This document shows, one piece after another, positions 29,161 to 39,398 of a stretch of DNA of 64,000 bases. Both the position numbers and the translations under genes were made by a program. Every line of letters starts with the position of its first letter. The first letter of the stretch is position 1. The notes beneath the pieces were generated by a model. That model searched no databases. It saw only the letters and a list, made by a program, of their open reading frames with translations, and was not told where the DNA came from. This DNA is from Candidatus Micrarchaeota archaeon (GTDB taxonomy: Archaea; Micrarchaeota; Micrarchaeia; Micrarchaeales; CABMGC01). The stretch is from the NCBI GenBank assembly GCA_021809925.1, contig JAJZJV010000001.1, forward strand, positions 14,138 through 78,137. The letters are read 5' to 3'.

Positions 29161-30146
29161 TGGAGCTTCTCGATTTTAGAGAGCTTGCAAACACAATTAA
29201 ATCATTCCAGGGTAAACAGGTAACCCTGGCCTTCCACTCTATCGGGGATAGCGACGGTGTGGGATCCGCAATCGCACTATCCTCTCTTTTTAAAAATTCA
29301 AGAATCATGACTCCGGACTTCATAACACACAACGCACGGGAGCTTCTCTTGCTTGCTGGCTACAAGGAAAAGCTCGATACAAAATTTCCCCCAAATACCG
29401 AGGTGCTTATAATCACTGACACAAACAATTTTTACGAGCTCGGCAAACTCACCAAATCTCTCTCGGACTTCACTGGCGAGATCCTGTTCATAGATCATCA
29501 TTTGCTTCCAAAGGGCGATATAGGCAAGGTTAAAATCTTCAATAATGAAGATTATAACTCAACGTCAAGCATAATTTATGACCTGTTCTTGGAAATGGGG
29601 GTAGAACCCACACGGCAGGCTGCACTGCTTCTCCTTGATGGGATAATAGCAGACTCTGCGGAGTTCAGGAACGCAACCAAACTCACTTTCAGGCAGATCT
29701 CAGAGCTGTTGGGATATTCCGGCAAGAGCTTCACAGAGATTCTAGAATTCTTTCACGAAAGCGTTCCTTTGGAAAGAAGGAACTCATTAATAAACGAGAT
29801 TCAGAACTCGAAGCTGGAAACAGTTGGGAACTATCTTTTGATATATGGCATCGCGGAGTCCCATGCGAATATCGCTGCAGACATGGCAATACGGATAGGG
29901 GCCGACGCGGCGCTCTTCTGGACAATAAGAAAAGAGGAATTTTCAATCTCTGCCAGACTCAGGCCCCCTCTAGACAAACGCCTGAATTTTCATCTGGGAA
30001 CCGTAATGCAGGTTGTTGGCGAGATGATATCTGGAAATGGCGGTGGTCACCCATGCGCAGCAGGAGCATACGGTCCTGGAAAAGAACGATCTGAAGAAGC
30101 AATTAAAAAAGCGCTTAGAGAAATAAGAAAAGCGCTCAATGGGTGA
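29160..30146 (+). CDS. DHH/DHHA1 phosphoesterase (NrnA/RecJ-like)
   Basis: HSIGDSDGVGS, FIDHH and GGGHPCAAGA motifs. Confidence 0.8.
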   Translation: MELLDFRELANTIKSFQGKQVTLAFHSIGDSDGVGSAIALSSLFKNSRIMTPDFITHNARELLLLAGYKEKLDTKFPPNTEVLIITDTNNFYELGKLTKSLSDFTGEILFIDHHLLPKGDIGKVKIFNNEDYNSTSSIIYDLFLEMGVEPTRQAALLLLDGIIADSAEFRNATKLTFRQISELLGYSGKSFTEILEFFHESVPLERRNSLINEIQNSKLETVGNYLLIYGIAESHANIAADMAIRIGADAALFWTIRKEEFSISARLRPPLDKRLNFHLGTVMQVVGEMISGNGGGHPCAAGAYGPGKERSEEAIKKALREIRKALNG

Positions 30147-30663
30147 TCCTCTGAAATACTATGATCTCTCCTACCTATCCAATATCGAAGAGAGCCTCGT
30201 CACCCGGCTCGGCTATAAAAAGATATTTGTTATAGGCAAGGACGTACACTTGATAAATCAACCAAGACCTGGCGAGGTAAAGACAATAATAAGAAGCAAT
30301 GATCCAAAGAAGATAGCGTCTGCCCTCAGGAATAACGATACAATCGGAGTATTATTCGAAGACAACATCTTATTGAAAAAATCCATAGAAGAAGCAGGAA
30401 ACAACGGCAAACCTGTTTTTCTTTCTTTGTCAGACCTGATGGACAAGGATCCCGTACAAACATCAAGAAATATGAACAGGATCAGGACGATAGTGACCTT
30501 TGCCAGAAAATTCGGGGCAGAAATAGCAATAGCAACATTTGCAACAAGGCAGGCATATTTAACTTCTGCTATGCAGGCCATGGCTCTCAGTGAACTTCTT
30601 GGAGTTAGCATAGATGAATCAAAGAAAGCACTCTCAGCAATAGGCGAATATCTTGATAACTAA
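30139..30663 (+). CDS. rnp3: RNase P protein component 3 (Rpp30-like)
   Basis: Size and its position immediately upstream of, and overlapping, the Pop5 gene. Sequence similarity is judged only loosely. Confidence 0.55.
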   Translation: MGDPLKYYDLSYLSNIEESLVTRLGYKKIFVIGKDVHLINQPRPGEVKTIIRSNDPKKIASALRNNDTIGVLFEDNILLKKSIEEAGNNGKPVFLSLSDLMDKDPVQTSRNMNRIRTIVTFARKFGAEIAIATFATRQAYLTSAMQAMALSELLGVSIDESKKALSAIGEYLDN

Positions 30664-31015
30664 GCGAAAGATAAGGTACCTGCTGATTGAGTTCTCAGCT
30701 CCAATAGATGTAAAGAAAAGAGCCGTCTCAGAGGAACTATCTAGAAATCTCATTCTCTTCTTAGGCGAGCTGACAAATTACAGGGCAAATCCCCACATAA
30801 ACTCGCAGATAGGGGAGAAGGTCTTCCTCCTCAGGATAAATCGCGGGTTTGAACGGGAGGTCCTGGCTGCGCTTGCCACAATAAAAAAATCTGGCGGGGT
30901 AGAGGGCGGCTTCTACACTCTGAAGATCTCAGGCACAGCAAAAAAGCTTATCATATTTTACAGGAGGCACATACTCCTAGACGCAGGCCAGGGGTCGTCT
31001 AAATCAAGAATTTGA
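30653..31015 (+). CDS. rnp2: RNase P protein component 2 (Pop5-like)
   Basis: N-terminal KRKIRYLLIEF, LFLGEL, and a C-terminal ISGTAKKL pattern typical of archaeal Pop5. Confidence 0.7.
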   Translation: MITKRKIRYLLIEFSAPIDVKKRAVSEELSRNLILFLGELTNYRANPHINSQIGEKVFLLRINRGFEREVLAALATIKKSGGVEGGFYTLKISGTAKKLIIFYRRHILLDAGQGSSKSRI

Positions 31016-31452
31016 CAGATCAAATATTTTTATATTGAAGTGCCTCTTTGGGCTTCTTTCCTTTCTGTGATCTGGATTCAGCAGTGTAGAGATATGGTTC
31101 CACAAAGAGATTCGCAAAACCCATCATCGCACTTGTGATGAAACAGAAGAGAACACACGAGCCACCAAACTATCCGGGTTTCCTGGAAAAGACCAGGGAA
31201 TATATTGTTATAAAAGATATTCTCCCAAGATTCAAGAAGGTTCTCGGACTTGCAAAGAACAGAATAATCGGGATGAAAAAGGTAGCGATACAGATCCAGT
31301 CTTGCATTACCAAATAATTTGATCAATTATCCTATGTGGAGATTTTATCTTAATGGGAAGTTAGAATGTAAACGCCAACTCCTCTAAATAATTATACAAA
31401 GATTAATATAAGTTGCTTATCCTAAATCGATACTGCTATTTATGGTGTTCTT

Positions 31453-31800
31453 ATGAAGATAAGCGAACTAAAGGCTGGAGCGCAGAACGTAGAAGTAGAA
31501 GCAGAAGTTGCAGAAAAAGGTGAACCAAGAGAAGTGATAACAAAGTATGGAAGGAGAACAAATGTCGCTAACGTTACTCTCAGAGACGAGAGCGGAAGCA
31601 TAACCCTTTCACTATGGGGTAAGGATATCGACACAGTCAATGTTGGGGACAAGGTCAAGATCTCAAACGGGTATGTTGGCGAATTTAGGGGCGTTCCACA
31701 ACTTTCTGTAGGTAAGTTCGGAAAGATGGAGGTCGTCGAGAAAGGCTCAGGAAATACCGAATCCTCGGAGTCTGAAGATGAGTCCGAAGAGGAATATTAA
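31453..31800 (+). CDS. ssb: single OB-fold ssDNA-binding protein with acidic tail
   Basis: OB-fold pattern (VEVEAEV...TLRDESGSITLSLWG...GDKVKISNGYV) and a tail SESEDESEEEY. Confidence 0.75.
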   Translation: MKISELKAGAQNVEVEAEVAEKGEPREVITKYGRRTNVANVTLRDESGSITLSLWGKDIDTVNVGDKVKISNGYVGEFRGVPQLSVGKFGKMEVVEKGSGNTESSESEDESEEEY

Positions 31801-31817
31801 TACTTAAGTCTAAGAGC

Positions 31818-33068
31818 TTAGAACTCGAATTCGAGTCTATCTCCCACTTCTGGGGCGAAAGCCTCAAATCCCTCTTCCTTTAACTCTGTGGCAATACTGG
31901 TGCTGTTCTCAGCATCACCATGTACGCAGATAACTTTCTCAGGATTACTCTTCCTGACATATTCCAATATATCATCTCTGCCCGCGTGGGCTGAAAAATC
32001 ATACTTTAAAACCGGGTAAGGTATCCTATGTATATTCTCGTCTATCTCTACTTTTCCTTCTTCAAGAATCATTCTTCCATTAGTTGCCTCAGCCTGGTAT
32101 CCTGTCAAAAATATCTTCGAATTCTTTCTCAGTTTTGTTATGTAATTTAGCACAGGCCCACCGTTTAGCATGCCTGCAGGAGTCAATATTATGTTCCCGC
32201 CATCAAGCGCACCAATCCTGTCACGTCGGTCTTTCACTCTCTGTATATTCTTCACAGCATCCTTCAGTAACTCAACGTTATTAAGGTATTTATAAAATTC
32301 TAGAGTTATATCCGTCGCTTTCCTTGCCATGCCATCCATGTAAACTTTGTCCGAAAGGCCATTTTTATGCAGCATTGCTAGGACTTCCTGCGCTCTTCCT
32401 ACTGCGAAGACCGGAACGAGGGCCGTACCTTTATTATCTACAACTTCTCTTACTTCCTCAACAAATCTCTTTATTGCTGACTTTCTATCTTCATGGTTTC
32501 TGTTTGCATATGTTGTCTCTATCATAAGAATATCGCTCTCCACTATCTCAGCACTTCTTTGAAGAAGCTGCTCCTCGATTTTGAAGTCGCCAGTGTATAC
32601 CAGTTTCCTACCAGAGCTCGATTTCTCTATTTTGGTTACTGCGCTGCCGCACATGTGTCCTGCATCATAAAATGTGATATCATACTCTCCAAAACCTACA
32701 GGAGCCCCATAATCGTATGGCACATACCTCCTCAAAAAGAACCCAAGCTCCCTTTTGGTAAATTTTGGAGGAAGGTGTTCCTTTATGCCAATCTTTATAG
32801 AGTCTTCCAGAAGCAATTCCGCGAGCCTAAGTGATGGTTCGGTCCCAAATGCTATTGGAAATGCGTGCCTATACAATTCTGGTGCAAATCCGCAATGATC
32901 AAGATGCGCATGGCTAAGTATGAACGCATCAACCTTTCCCACACTTATTGGGTACTCTATCTTCCTTCCTACCTTTACTCCATAGTCGAGCAGAAAGTTT
33001 TTGCTGCCTTTCACATAAAAGGAAGACCTGCCGACTTCTCTGGCTCCTCCTAAAAATTGAATTTCCAC
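31818..33068 (-). CDS. metallo-beta-lactamase/beta-CASP ribonuclease (aCPSF2/RNase J-like)
   Basis: HAHLDHCG motif, beta-CASP-region motifs, and a C-terminal VHGD. Confidence 0.85.
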   Translation of the reverse strand: MEIQFLGGAREVGRSSFYVKGSKNFLLDYGVKVGRKIEYPISVGKVDAFILSHAHLDHCGFAPELYRHAFPIAFGTEPSLRLAELLLEDSIKIGIKEHLPPKFTKRELGFFLRRYVPYDYGAPVGFGEYDITFYDAGHMCGSAVTKIEKSSSGRKLVYTGDFKIEEQLLQRSAEIVESDILMIETTYANRNHEDRKSAIKRFVEEVREVVDNKGTALVPVFAVGRAQEVLAMLHKNGLSDKVYMDGMARKATDITLEFYKYLNNVELLKDAVKNIQRVKDRRDRIGALDGGNIILTPAGMLNGGPVLNYITKLRKNSKIFLTGYQAEATNGRMILEEGKVEIDENIHRIPYPVLKYDFSAHAGRDDILEYVRKSNPEKVICVHGDAENSTSIATELKEEGFEAFAPEVGDRLEFEF

Positions 33069-33212
33069 AAAATCACTGTAGCTTGTCTGACAAGAGAAAG
33101 AAAACTTACTATTGCAGAAGCTAATACTATAACCTATGTTATAATATAAAATACTACAGGTTCAGCTCACAATACTCTTTTTATTTATTGCCTTAGTATA
33201 ATAATAGATTGT

Positions 33213-33896
33213 ATGACAACTGACGAATTAAATTTCATGGATCTCGCATGTTTAATCAAGATCACGCCAAGTACAGTAATAGAAAAGCTCGGCAGCGCCA
33301 TGAATGCGAGCATATTCGACGCATCAAACATCGCGGGGGCGCTGAAGCAGAAAGGAATGATAGAGTTCACTGCTTATTATCCTGGTCCAAACACAATAAC
33401 CATAACCGAGGCCGGACAAAACCTTCTGAGCGAAGCAGAAGCAAAGTCAAAAGAAGAATTTGACAAACTTGACGAGAATATACTTGTGCATCTTGCTGAC
33501 GGCAACAGGCTGCCTGCAGAGTTGCAGAATGTCCTCGGGCTCCGCCCGAAGGATCTCGCACTGCGACTCTTCAAGCTTAATAGCCAGGGATTCATTACTT
33601 ATGAGTTGAAAAATGGAGGTGTTTTTCTCTTGCTCACAGAGAAAGGCTATCTGAAAGCCAACTCAGCTGGAGCGTCACGGATGCTGATGCAAGACCGCAA
33701 GCCTGAGGTAAAAGCGATAGGTACTGAGGGGCAGGCAACACCGCATCCAGAAGCAGAGACGCAGGATATCCTCAACGATATATCGCAACTCTCAAGAGTA
33801 AGAAGGTCGAGGAAGGCATTTGTTGTTGCTCTTGGACTACTCCTTTTCATAATTGCAATCCTGTTTTTAATCCTTCACTTCTACCATATACTTTGA
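33213..33896 (+). CDS. tail-anchored protein with two winged-helix-like repeats
   Basis: Two segments with wHTH-like patterns and a single C-terminal transmembrane helix, FVVALGLLLFIIAILFLILHF. Confidence 0.4.
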   Translation: MTTDELNFMDLACLIKITPSTVIEKLGSAMNASIFDASNIAGALKQKGMIEFTAYYPGPNTITITEAGQNLLSEAEAKSKEEFDKLDENILVHLADGNRLPAELQNVLGLRPKDLALRLFKLNSQGFITYELKNGGVFLLLTEKGYLKANSAGASRMLMQDRKPEVKAIGTEGQATPHPEAETQDILNDISQLSRVRRSRKAFVVALGLLLFIIAILFLILHFYHIL

Positions 33897-33908
33897 TGGG
33901 TCGGGTAA

Positions 33909-34532
33909 ATGGGATTGCTTGAATATTCAAAGGCAAAATCGATTCTGGATAAATATAAGATAAAGAGCATAGAGGGCGAATATGTAACAAGCGCAGAAGA
34001 AGCTGCAAGATTCGCAAAATCCGGTCCAATAGTGCTAAAAGTATTGTCTGGAAAAGCATTGCACAAATCAAAGTCTGGGCTTGTAACACTCGGACTCTCT
34101 GGCGAGAGCGAGATAACTGCAGCATTCAATGCGCTTCAATCCAAAGCCTTAAAGCTGAATCTGGCTCCATATAATATCATCGCGCAGAAGATGGCTCCTT
34201 CTGGAATAGAGATAATAATAGGGGGAAGGACAGATCCCCAGTTCGGAAAGTTGCTTCTCATCGGCCTCGGAGGAATATATGTTGAGGCGTTCAGGGACTT
34301 TGCACTAAGAGTATGTCCGATAACAAGGCGCGATGCAGAAGAGATGCTCGCCCAGCTGAAATCAGCAGAAGTAATAACGCAGCATGGCACCTCCACAGAC
34401 ATGATCTGCGATCTCCTGCTGAAAACATCAAGTCTACTTACCAAAGAAAAGAACATCTCTGAGCTGGATCTCAATCCGGTGATAATACACCACAGCGGTT
34501 ACGACATTGTCGATATCCGCGTGTTAGAATAA
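33909..34532 (+). CDS. acdB: ADP-forming acetyl-CoA synthetase, beta (ATP-grasp) subunit
   Basis: LEYSKAKSILDKY...VLKV...HKSKSGLV ATP-grasp_5 pattern. It sits directly upstream of the alpha subunit. Confidence 0.75.
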   Translation: MGLLEYSKAKSILDKYKIKSIEGEYVTSAEEAARFAKSGPIVLKVLSGKALHKSKSGLVTLGLSGESEITAAFNALQSKALKLNLAPYNIIAQKMAPSGIEIIIGGRTDPQFGKLLLIGLGGIYVEAFRDFALRVCPITRRDAEEMLAQLKSAEVITQHGTSTDMICDLLLKTSSLLTKEKNISELDLNPVIIHHSGYDIVDIRVLE

Positions 34533-34541
34533 GGTGTACAA

Positions 34542-35936
34542 ATGAAAACCTTAAACCTCGAACCCATGCTAAAACCCAAGAGCGTTGCCATAATAGGTGC
34601 ATCGAAGGACCCAGAAAAGGTGGGCCATGTCATACTGGAGAATTACATAAATGCAGGGTATGGTGGAAGTTTATATGCTATCAACAAGAACGCGGCCCCA
34701 AACGAGGAGATGCTTGGGGTTAAGGTGCTACGGAAGATAGGCGAGATCCGTGAGCGCATCGACCTTGCAGTTATTGCTGTTCCAGCTCCGATAGTCCCCA
34801 CTGTCCTTGAGGAATGTGGCAAAGCTAAGGTCCGAACAGCGGTTGTCGTAAGCGGTGGATTTGCGGAGATTGGTGAAACAGAGCTTCAGGATAAGCTCGC
34901 GTCCATAGCCAGAAAATATAATATGCCAACACTTGGGCCAAACTGCTTGGGCGTCATGGATCCAAGATCAAGGATAGATACTTTATTTCTTCCTACATAT
35001 AAGCTTAGCAGGCCACAGGTTGGAAACGTGAGTTTTGTATCTCAAAGCGGAGCAGTGGGAAGCACGATCCTCGATCTAATCTCTGGAGAGGGTTTCGGTC
35101 TCTCCAAATTCATTTCCTACGGGAATGCTGCCCACGTGGACGAAGTCGACATACTAAATTACCTGATGGAAGACGGCGAGACAAAAGTGATCGTCATGTA
35201 TCTTGAGGGAATAAAGCGCGGAAAGGAGTTCATAGAGGTCGCAAAGAAGGTCACGAAGAAAAAGCCTGTGATAGTGCTTAAGGCTGGGAGAACTTCTGAA
35301 GGGATGGCGGCTGCACATTCCCACACCGCCGCCCTGGCAGGAAATTACGAAGCATACGAAGCTGTATTCAGGCAATTTGGTTTCGTAATAAGCGAAGACA
35401 TAAGCGAGCTTCTGCATTACGCCAAAATCTTCTCCACAGAGCCACCCCCGCTTGGCAATAAGATAGCAATAATTACAAATGGCGGAGGAGCCGGCGTTCT
35501 TACAACCGACGCAATATCTGCATCAAAAGAACTCGTATTGGGTGAGTTCTCAAAAGATACTATACTAGCGCTCGGAAAAACGATGCCAAAGCTAGTGAAT
35601 GTGAGGAATCCATTAGACCTTGCAGGTGATGCCGACTACAAGCGTTATGGCACAGCACTCGACCTGATAAGCAAAGACCCTAACATAGATATACTCATAG
35701 TAATAGCTCTATTCCAGACTCCAGGGGCTGACTCAAAGACTGCTGCAGCGCTTATCCACTTCAAGCAATCTTCAGGAAAGCCGATGGCCGTATTAAGCAT
35801 AGGTGCGAGCTACACAGAGATGCACAAGATAATGATGGAGAGTTCAGGGCTTCCTGTTTACGACTCTCCCAAAGCCATAGCTTCTTCTCTACTTAAACTC
35901 CGCGAATACTATCAATACAAAAACAGGAAGGACTAA
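34542..35936 (+). CDS. acdA: ADP-forming acetyl-CoA synthetase, alpha subunit
   Basis: CoA-binding KSVAIIGASKDPEKVG, the GPNCLG motif, and phosphohistidine-loop AAHSHTAALAG. Confidence 0.85.
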   Translation: MKTLNLEPMLKPKSVAIIGASKDPEKVGHVILENYINAGYGGSLYAINKNAAPNEEMLGVKVLRKIGEIRERIDLAVIAVPAPIVPTVLEECGKAKVRTAVVVSGGFAEIGETELQDKLASIARKYNMPTLGPNCLGVMDPRSRIDTLFLPTYKLSRPQVGNVSFVSQSGAVGSTILDLISGEGFGLSKFISYGNAAHVDEVDILNYLMEDGETKVIVMYLEGIKRGKEFIEVAKKVTKKKPVIVLKAGRTSEGMAAAHSHTAALAGNYEAYEAVFRQFGFVISEDISELLHYAKIFSTEPPPLGNKIAIITNGGGAGVLTTDAISASKELVLGEFSKDTILALGKTMPKLVNVRNPLDLAGDADYKRYGTALDLISKDPNIDILIVIALFQTPGADSKTAAALIHFKQSSGKPMAVLSIGASYTEMHKIMMESSGLPVYDSPKAIASSLLKLREYYQYKNRKD

Positions 35937-37150
35937 GCTCTCTCTTTCTTATACAACAGCAGGTCAAGCGCACTCTTCACCGCCTTCTCCTTGTTGCTCT
36001 CTTCAGCCAACAAATCAAAAAGCTCCCTCGGATTTGCTTCAAGCTCGTATTTTTTCTCGGCAAGTTTTTCTACGAATACTGACAACCCAAAATCTTTTAT
36101 TGAGAGATTCTCCAATGTCCCGCTCCTAAGGGACGCTATATCAACATCCTTCTGCTCGCTCTCGACCTTTCCCTTTCCTATCTCTATTATTGCCTTATCT
36201 TTAAACTCCTTTATTGCAGATTGGACATCAATATCGATGCCTTTGAAACCGTCCATCAGCCTACCTGCAAGCTCTACGCGTATTATTGGCTTATCCTCGC
36301 TTTCTTTGGCTATCTCCGAAGAGATTCCCCTCTCTATCCTTTCGGCAATTTTTTCGGGTTCAAGCCCGTCTACCTCTATCTTAACAAGCTTGAATCTCCT
36401 AGACCTTATTTCCTTAAACAGATACTCCTTTGTTGCTGTATCAAATATAAAAAAGCCCTTAGCTTCCTGCTCTCCCTCCTTCAACTGCGTCAGAACAGTG
36501 CTTCCTGGTATCAAGAAGGGCTTTCCATGCGCCTTCATCTCGACTTTATTGTGTATATGCCCGTCAATATAAAGATCAAATCCTACGGGGAGGTCATCCA
36601 AGGTTATGAAATCGCTGCTGAACGGGAGCAACTCGTGCACAGATTGGTGGAATATGAATACATTGAACATCCCTGGTTCTGGATGAAGGTCAGCGTTTTT
36701 CAACGCCTCCTTGAATCGCTCTTCAGCTATGCCGCCGAGCCCGAATATGCAGATATGTTCTCCGTTTTTCTCTACAAACACTCTTCCATCGCTGATATCC
36801 ACCAAGAGTCCAGCAAGTGCAAGCAGATCAACAGGATCCTCAACACCATACGCTCTCCTCTCGTGCGTACCTGGTATAGCTATTATCGGGAGCTCTGTGA
36901 AATTCTTTCCACTTCCATCAAATCTCGTAACCTTGGCGTTCCACTTCCTATCTGAAAGATCTCTAAATATGTTTATAGCTTCGGCAAGCACTTCAGGCTT
37001 TGGGTTCCGCATATCAAAGATATCTCCTGGCATTACCAGGACATCTGCCTCTCTCGCTGCTGCGTCTAGTGCTTCCTTGGCCTGGATGTATGCATCTTCT
37101 CTGAAACGCTCATAGCCGAGATGAAAATCCGAGAGTATTGCAAGCTTCAT
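35933..37150 (-). CDS. mre11: Mre11-type DNA repair nuclease (calcineurin-like phosphoesterase)
   Basis: Phosphoesterase motifs SDFHLG, GDIFD, GTHE, FHQ and GHIH. The start is set at MKLAILSDFH. Confidence 0.8.
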   Translation of the reverse strand: MKLAILSDFHLGYERFREDAYIQAKEALDAAAREADVLVMPGDIFDMRNPKPEVLAEAINIFRDLSDRKWNAKVTRFDGSGKNFTELPIIAIPGTHERRAYGVEDPVDLLALAGLLVDISDGRVFVEKNGEHICIFGLGGIAEERFKEALKNADLHPEPGMFNVFIFHQSVHELLPFSSDFITLDDLPVGFDLYIDGHIHNKVEMKAHGKPFLIPGSTVLTQLKEGEQEAKGFFIFDTATKEYLFKEIRSRRFKLVKIEVDGLEPEKIAERIERGISSEIAKESEDKPIIRVELAGRLMDGFKGIDIDVQSAIKEFKDKAIIEIGKGKVESEQKDVDIASLRSGTLENLSIKDFGLSVFVEKLAEKKYELEANPRELFDLLAEESNKEKAVKSALDLLLYKKERA

Positions 37151-37161
37151 CGTATTCAGCC

Positions 37162-38094
37162 TCATGGTATTGTATAATCTGTGGTCCACTGGTTTGAATA
37201 GCCGACATCGCCTGTAGGAAATCCATTCAGCTTATTTCCCGAGTAATCTTGCGTATTCCCATTAAGCGGCCACCATCCTGCAAGAGCCTGGAGATTTATC
37301 GGAGCCCCTCCAATTCCCTCTAAGTAAAGCTGCTGCAGGCCGCTAGGACTCAATGCAGTATTGTATATCTGGACATCTGCTATGCTGCCGTTCATGAATT
37401 GATTCCCGTAAAGGCCATATCCAATCGTCACGTTCTGGTTCTCTAAAGTGTACGTTGGGCTTCCTCCAATACTCATAAGGGCCCCTCCGACAAGCACTGG
37501 TGTTGTGTTCCCATCGAGATAAACGCTCTCCTGCGCATATGGCTTTGTAGCATTTGTAATCACAATACTGACGAAATACCATTTGTTTGTTTGGATCGGA
37601 GCGTTGTTGTATGATGTGCAGTTGCATACGCTTTTGCTAAGTACACGAAGACCCGAGCCACCCATTCCACCATATTCATAGTAGCAAAGGAAAAAACTTG
37701 AGGTACCGCAAACTGCAATGTTCCAATCTCCATTTTTCACAACAATAAAATTAAAGAAATCCCTACTGGGTCCACGTATGTCTGCCCATGCTGTGACTGT
37801 GAGGTTACCTGATGTAAGCAGGCTGTTTGGATGAATATCTACCCAACTGTTAAGTCCATTGAATGTGGCAACAAATCTTGGATTCACATTGCAAAGACCC
37901 TGCCTTGAGAGGAACTCTGTAGATCCTGGCCCCCGCGGCCTGACTATTACGCAACTACCTCCAGAAGCTCCTGGAGAGAGACCTCCTTTGTTAAATATCC
38001 CAATGTAAAAAAGCACACCCGCAACAATTATTATTATGAATATGGCCCATGAGTAAGTCGCAAGATACTCCATTGCACTCTGCGCTTTTTCCAT
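37162..38094 (-). CDS. type IV pilin-like protein (class III signal peptide) with LamG/concanavalin-like domain
   Basis: MEKAQSAMEYLATYSWAIFIIIIV class III signal. The C-terminal part has a LamG-like pattern (ADVQIYNTALS). Confidence 0.6.
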   Translation of the reverse strand: MEKAQSAMEYLATYSWAIFIIIIVAGVLFYIGIFNKGGLSPGASGGSCVIVRPRGPGSTEFLSRQGLCNVNPRFVATFNGLNSWVDIHPNSLLTSGNLTVTAWADIRGPSRDFFNFIVVKNGDWNIAVCGTSSFFLCYYEYGGMGGSGLRVLSKSVCNCTSYNNAPIQTNKWYFVSIVITNATKPYAQESVYLDGNTTPVLVGGALMSIGGSPTYTLENQNVTIGYGLYGNQFMNGSIADVQIYNTALSPSGLQQLYLEGIGGAPINLQALAGWWPLNGNTQDYSGNKLNGFPTGDVGYSNQWTTDYTIP

Positions 38095-38142
38095 GATATC
38101 CCATTAATAAACAATGTCAAAACATTTAAGATGGTTTAGAAC

Positions 38143-39369
38143 TTATGCTTGGCTCTCATCCTTTCCTCCAGCTTCGCTTTCTCTAAAGAGGCTCTTCTCT
38201 ATCGTCTGCTTTATCTTGTCTGGTGGATATGCCAATTTAATCAGCTTAGTATGTCCCCTTATCCCTCTGCCAGATTCGTAGCTTATTATAAGGCCTTGCA
38301 TCTCCAGGTCTGTAATATATTTTCGGTACCATCTCTGGCTTTTAGCTTCTTTATGCATTGACTCAAGTATATCAACATATCTATTGTATATCTCCCCGCT
38401 GAATATGTATGTATCGCTTCCCTCAACAAGTCTCTTATATTTGCTCCCCTGCACTGACAAAAGCGCTATCGCATACACTATGAATTTCTGGTGCTCTGGC
38501 AATGTGTTTACCATCTCATATGCGACCTCCTCCTCAGCAGACCGCGAAGCCTCTACTATCTGGTTAACAGAGATTGCCTTCAGTCCACTCTCTTCGCTTA
38601 TCTCTCCAGCTTTTGAGAGTATCCTCAGGGCAAGCCTGGCATCACCACTCTCCTTTGCCGCTATTCCTGCAGCAAGGTTTATTGCTGATTGGTCTATAAC
38701 ATCTTTTTTGAATCCCGTTTCAGCGCGATCTTTCATTATTGATGCAAGCTCCATAGAATTATATGGCGGGAACACAAGCTCATTCTCATACAGTGTTGAG
38801 AGGCTTCTCGGATCAAGGCTCTCCTTGAAGGATATCTTGTTGGATATGCCAACTAGGGTTATGCTTCCTGACTTGATATCGCTATTTGCCCTAGTCAAAG
38901 TGTATATCAGATCATCAAGGTCCCTAACAATGTCTATCTCGTCAAGAACTACCACAAGTATCTTGTTGTCTTCCTCAATCCAGTTGATTATCTTCTCATA
39001 AATGTCTACTATGCCATATCCTCTCTTTGCATACATTGGCAGATGATCTCCGACAATTTTGCTCAGAACCCTGTACCTGGAGTTGTAAATCCTGCAATTT
39101 ATATACGAGATCTTTGAACGAATGTTCGGTATCTCCCGTATCTTGTCCATGACATGCTTCATACAGGAGGTCTTTCCCGTCCCTGTCTTCCCATATATAA
39201 ACAAGTTCCTTCCACGCTCTCCACGCAGCGAAGGCGTCAGACTCTTCACAATCTCTGATATCTGCTTATCTCTAAAAAGAAGGTGCTCTGGGATATAATG
39301 CGGAGAGAGAACCTCCCTATTCATAAATATCTCAGATTCCTTAAATAACTCCGCAAAAGGCTCTTCCAT
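38143..39369 (-). CDS. cdc6: Orc1/Cdc6 replication initiator
   Basis: Walker A GKTGTGKTS, Walker B VVLDEID, a TLVGISN sensor region, and a C-terminal winged helix. Confidence 0.95.
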   Translation of the reverse strand: MEEPFAELFKESEIFMNREVLSPHYIPEHLLFRDKQISEIVKSLTPSLRGERGRNLFIYGKTGTGKTSCMKHVMDKIREIPNIRSKISYINCRIYNSRYRVLSKIVGDHLPMYAKRGYGIVDIYEKIINWIEEDNKILVVVLDEIDIVRDLDDLIYTLTRANSDIKSGSITLVGISNKISFKESLDPRSLSTLYENELVFPPYNSMELASIMKDRAETGFKKDVIDQSAINLAAGIAAKESGDARLALRILSKAGEISEESGLKAISVNQIVEASRSAEEEVAYEMVNTLPEHQKFIVYAIALLSVQGSKYKRLVEGSDTYIFSGEIYNRYVDILESMHKEAKSQRWYRKYITDLEMQGLIISYESGRGIRGHTKLIKLAYPPDKIKQTIEKSLFRESEAGGKDESQA

Positions 39370-39398
39370 AAAAATACCCCAGAAGAAAGAAGAGACAC

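Noticed and set aside
38095-39398. A replication origin with ORB repeats next to orc1/cdc6.
   Set aside because: The intergenic spacers on both sides of cdc6 are only about 30-50 nt, and I saw no repeated ORB-like motif. The origin is probably elsewhere or cannot be recognised by eye.
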